DNA of 64,000 nucleotides from Escherichia coli (GTDB lineage Bacteria; Pseudomonadota; Gammaproteobacteria; Enterobacterales; Enterobacteriaceae): NCBI RefSeq assembly GCF_003790525.1, contig NZ_CP033635.1; one strand, 5' to 3'. Shown piece by piece: positions 61,402 to 64,000 of this stretch (position 1 is its first letter; each line of letters starts with the position of its first letter). The notes under the pieces were generated by a model. It saw only the letters and a program-made list of their open reading frames with translations, ran no database searches and was not told where the DNA came from. The position numbers and the translations under genes were made by a program.

Positions 61402-62118
61402 ATGACCCTTGATTTACCTCGCCGCTTCCCCTGGCCGACGTTACTTTCGGTCTGCATTCATGGTGCTGTTGTGGCGGGTTTGATCTATACCTCGGTACAT
61501 CAGGTTATTGAACTACCTGCGCCCGCGCAGCCGATTTCTGTCACGATGGTTGCGCCAGCGGATCTCGAACCGCCACAAGCCGTTCAACCACCACCGGAGC
61601 CGGTGGTAGAGCCAGAACCGGAACCTGAGCCGATCCCTGAACCGCCAAAAGAAGCTCCGGTGGTCATTGAAAAGCCGAAGCCGAAACCTAAGCCAAAACC
61701 GAAGCCGGTGAAAAAGGTGGAGCAGCCAAAACGCGATGTCAAACCCGTAGAGTCGCGTCCGGCATCACCGTTTGAAAATACGGCACCCGCGCGCCCGACA
61801 TCAAGTACGGCAACGGCTGCAACCAGCAAGCCGGTTACCAGTGTGGCTTCAGGACCACGCGCATTAAGCCGTAATCAGCCGCAGTATCCGGCACGAGCAC
61901 AGGCATTGCGCATTGAAGGGCAGGTTAAAGTTAAATTTGATGTCACGCCAGATGGTCGCGTGGATAACGTACAAATCCTCTCAGCCAAGCCTGCGAACAT
62001 GTTTGAGCGTGAAGTGAAAAATGCGATGCGCAGATGGCGTTATGAGCCGGGTAAGCCAGGCAGTGGGATTGTGGTGAATATCCTGTTTAAAATTAACGGC
62101 ACTACCGAAATTCAGTAA
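61402..62118 (+). CDS. tonB: Energy transducer TonB
   Basis: ORF track 61351..62118; trimmed to [26 protein letters not shown]; (EP)n/(KP)n proline-rich spacer; 238 aa. Confidence 0.9.
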   Translation: MTLDLPRRFPWPTLLSVCIHGAVVAGLIYTSVHQVIELPAPAQPISVTMVAPADLEPPQAVQPPPEPVVEPEPEPEPIPEPPKEAPVVIEKPKPKPKPKPKPVKKVEQPKRDVKPVESRPASPFENTAPARPTSSTATAATSKPVTSVASGPRALSRNQPQYPARAQALRIEGQVKVKFDVTPDGRVDNVQILSAKPANMFEREVKNAMRRWRYEPGKPGSGIVVNILFKINGTTEIQ

Positions 62119-62124
62119 GCATAA

Positions 62125-62156
62125 AGTCAAAAGCCTCCGACCGGAGGCTTTTGACT
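62125..62156. terminator. Bidirectional hairpin terminator between tonB and yciA
   Basis: agtcaaaagcctccg-accg-gaggcttttgact perfect 14-bp stem, immediately after tonB stop and yciA stop. Confidence 0.8.
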
Positions 62157-62157
62157 A

Positions 62158-62556
62158 TTACTCAACAGGTAAGGCGCGAGGTTTTCCTTCAGGATCAACC
62201 GCGACATACTTAAATAATGCTTCTGTCGCTTTATAGCGTTGCCCGATGGGTTCAGACGCGACTTTTTTCACCCACACTTCAATATTAATGCTGACCGATG
62301 TCGTCCCTTTCTGGACACAGCGTGCATAGCAGCACACCACATCGCCGACCGCAACCGGTCGTAAGAAAGTCATTCCTTCAACCCGCACGGTCACTACACG
62401 ACCGTGGGCAATTTCTTTCGCCAGAATAGCGCCGCCAATATCCATTTGTGACATTAACCAACCACCAAAGATGTCACCATTGGCATTGGTATCGGCGGGC
62501 ATGGCTAAAGTACGTAAAACAAGATCGCCCTGAGGGACGTTATGTGTTGTAGACAT
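62158..62556 (-). CDS. yciA: Acyl-CoA thioesterase YciA
   Basis: ORF track; 132 aa MSTTHNVPQGDLVLRTLAMPADTNANGDIFGGW. Confidence 0.95.
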   Translation of the reverse strand: MSTTHNVPQGDLVLRTLAMPADTNANGDIFGGWLMSQMDIGGAILAKEIAHGRVVTVRVEGMTFLRPVAVGDVVCCYARCVQKGTTSVSINIEVWVKKVASEPIGQRYKATEALFKYVAVDPEGKPRALPVE

Positions 62557-62660
62557 GGTAAAACCGACTTAAAAGGAAAATCACAGGCGCGATGCTACTA
62601 TGATTTTCCTGAGGAGAACAGAGGAGATACAGCGCCAGCCCCGAAGGACTGGCAGTCTGG

Positions 62661-63200
62661 TTAGGATTTATCTTCCTGCGGCATGTGGCGGTAGATATAG
62701 ATACCGCTTAACAATGTGAAGATTAAGGTAAGGGCGGTCAGGCCAAAGACTTTAAAGTTGACCCAAATATTTTGCGGCAGCCAGAATGCGATGTAGATGT
62801 TTGCCAGGCCGCAAAGGATAAAGAAAACAGCCCAGGCCAGATTCAGCTTCGACCATACCGATTGCGGCAGGGTGAGTTCTTTACCCAGCATCCGCTGAAT
62901 TAGCGGCTTTTTCATCACCCATTGACTGACTAACAGGGCACCCGCAAACAGGGCATAAATGACAGTAACCTTCCATTTAATAAACTCATCATTGTGGAAG
63001 AACAGCGTTAAGCCACCGAAGACGACCACCAGAACAAAAGTGATCAGGGCCATCTTCTCAACCTTACGAAAGCGAACCCAGCTATAGATAAGCACAATCG
63101 CCGTGGCGACGATGAGCGCCGCAGTAGCCGCATAGATGTCATAAATCTTGTAGAACGCGAAAAAGACAACCAGCGGTAAAAAATCAAGAAACTGCTTCAT
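62661..63200 (-). CDS. yciB: Inner-membrane protein YciB (intracellular septation protein family)
   Basis: ORF track; 179 aa. Confidence 0.95.
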   Translation of the reverse strand: MKQFLDFLPLVVFFAFYKIYDIYAATAALIVATAIVLIYSWVRFRKVEKMALITFVLVVVFGGLTLFFHNDEFIKWKVTVIYALFAGALLVSQWVMKKPLIQRMLGKELTLPQSVWSKLNLAWAVFFILCGLANIYIAFWLPQNIWVNFKVFGLTALTLIFTLLSGIYIYRHMPQEDKS

Positions 63201-63229
63201 TTTACGATTCCGTAATCAAATGCTTAAGG

Positions 63230-63973
63230 TTATTGGCGAATCAACATATACAGGCGGAACAGATAGATGAGCAATACGGCTGAAATCAGGTTGCTCAAGG
63301 TGTTCGCCAGTACGGCACCAATTTCCGGGGTTAATGCGGCAAAAGAAGAGGCAAAAAGCAGCAACAGTGTTTTTGCCAGCAACCAGCTCAGTACTGCGGG
63401 TGCCACCAGACGCATATTCGCCCATGTCAGCCGCATACTGCTACGCATCGAGGCAAAAATGCCCATTTTGTCCTGTACCAACATCACCGGTGCCAGAGCC
63501 AGTAAAATGGCCATGATAATTCCCGGAACGACCACCAGCATGATGCCAATCTGTACTAAAAGGGTAGTCAGAAAAATCAGAATAAATAACTTTGGCAATA
63601 TCGGCGCACTGGCACCAATAGCTCGAAGCGCACTGACTCTCTGACCCGCAGACACCAGCTGGATAATTAATATTACGCCTCCGGCTAGAATGGCGTTACC
63701 GATTAATCCTGAAAAAGTGGACGCCGCTGAAGCCTGCAGCAAAATTTGTTGCTGTTCAGGTGACATATTCTGAACCAGGTCGAACAACCCACTACTGCCG
63801 CTAACGGGCACGCCGTCATTGAGCTGAGCAAGCTGTGCATCACTGGGTGAGAAAACATGCCCTAACACCACTGTGATAAACGCACATAGCAACGATACCA
63901 ACAGAATGGTCATAAATTGATTACGGAAGAAATTTCCGGTGTCACGGTATACGGACTGCGCCGTGATAGACAT
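63230..63973 (-). CDS. yciC: UPF0259 inner-membrane protein YciC
   Basis: ORF track; 247 aa. Confidence 0.9.
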   Translation of the reverse strand: MSITAQSVYRDTGNFFRNQFMTILLVSLLCAFITVVLGHVFSPSDAQLAQLNDGVPVSGSSGLFDLVQNMSPEQQQILLQASAASTFSGLIGNAILAGGVILIIQLVSAGQRVSALRAIGASAPILPKLFILIFLTTLLVQIGIMLVVVPGIIMAILLALAPVMLVQDKMGIFASMRSSMRLTWANMRLVAPAVLSWLLAKTLLLLFASSFAALTPEIGAVLANTLSNLISAVLLIYLFRLYMLIRQ

Positions 63974-64000
63974 GCACTCTCCTTGAGTTTTATGCAGGTG

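Overview
Escherichia coli-type chromosomal window, collinear with the K-12 dhaMLK-dhaR ... yciABC segment. Most of it is well-known core genes: dha operon and dhaR, ychF-pth, ychH, dauA, prs, ispE-lolB, hemA-prfA-prmC-ychQ-ychA-kdsA, chaABC, ychN, ychO, narXL, narK, narGHJI, tyrTV tRNAs, purU, ychJ, rssAB, galU, hns, tdk, adhE, ychE, oppABCDF, yciU, clsA, yciY, kch, yciI, tonB, yciABC. Starts were taken from the ORF track and trimmed where I recognised the protein N-terminus; the track evidently reports GTG/TTG starts as M. The main accessory feature is a ~4.7 kb degraded integrative element between kch and yciI (about 56146-60902). It is flanked by imperfect direct repeats of the yciI 3' end and contains a P4-type integrase 5' fragment, a defective IS3-family element, a tail-fibre C-terminal fragment, a dinI-like gene with a LexA-like box, a divergent unknown ORF, a low-GC LtaS/sulfatase-family membrane protein and a truncated SRAP (YedK-like) gene. 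The LtaS-like gene and the SOS-box divergent pair are the best candidates for an undescribed function. Other notable points: two tandem LDR (ldr/rdl type I toxin-antitoxin) repeats, a compact tyrT-tyrV locus with distal repeats, a short dhaR-ychF spacer with a His-rich lipoprotein ORF and a perfect CRP-type palindrome, and a G11 tract abutting a TATAAT hexamer upstream of yciY. No CRISPR array or rRNA was seen. Comparisons to K-12 are from memory, and small-feature coordinates are approximate (+/- a few nt).
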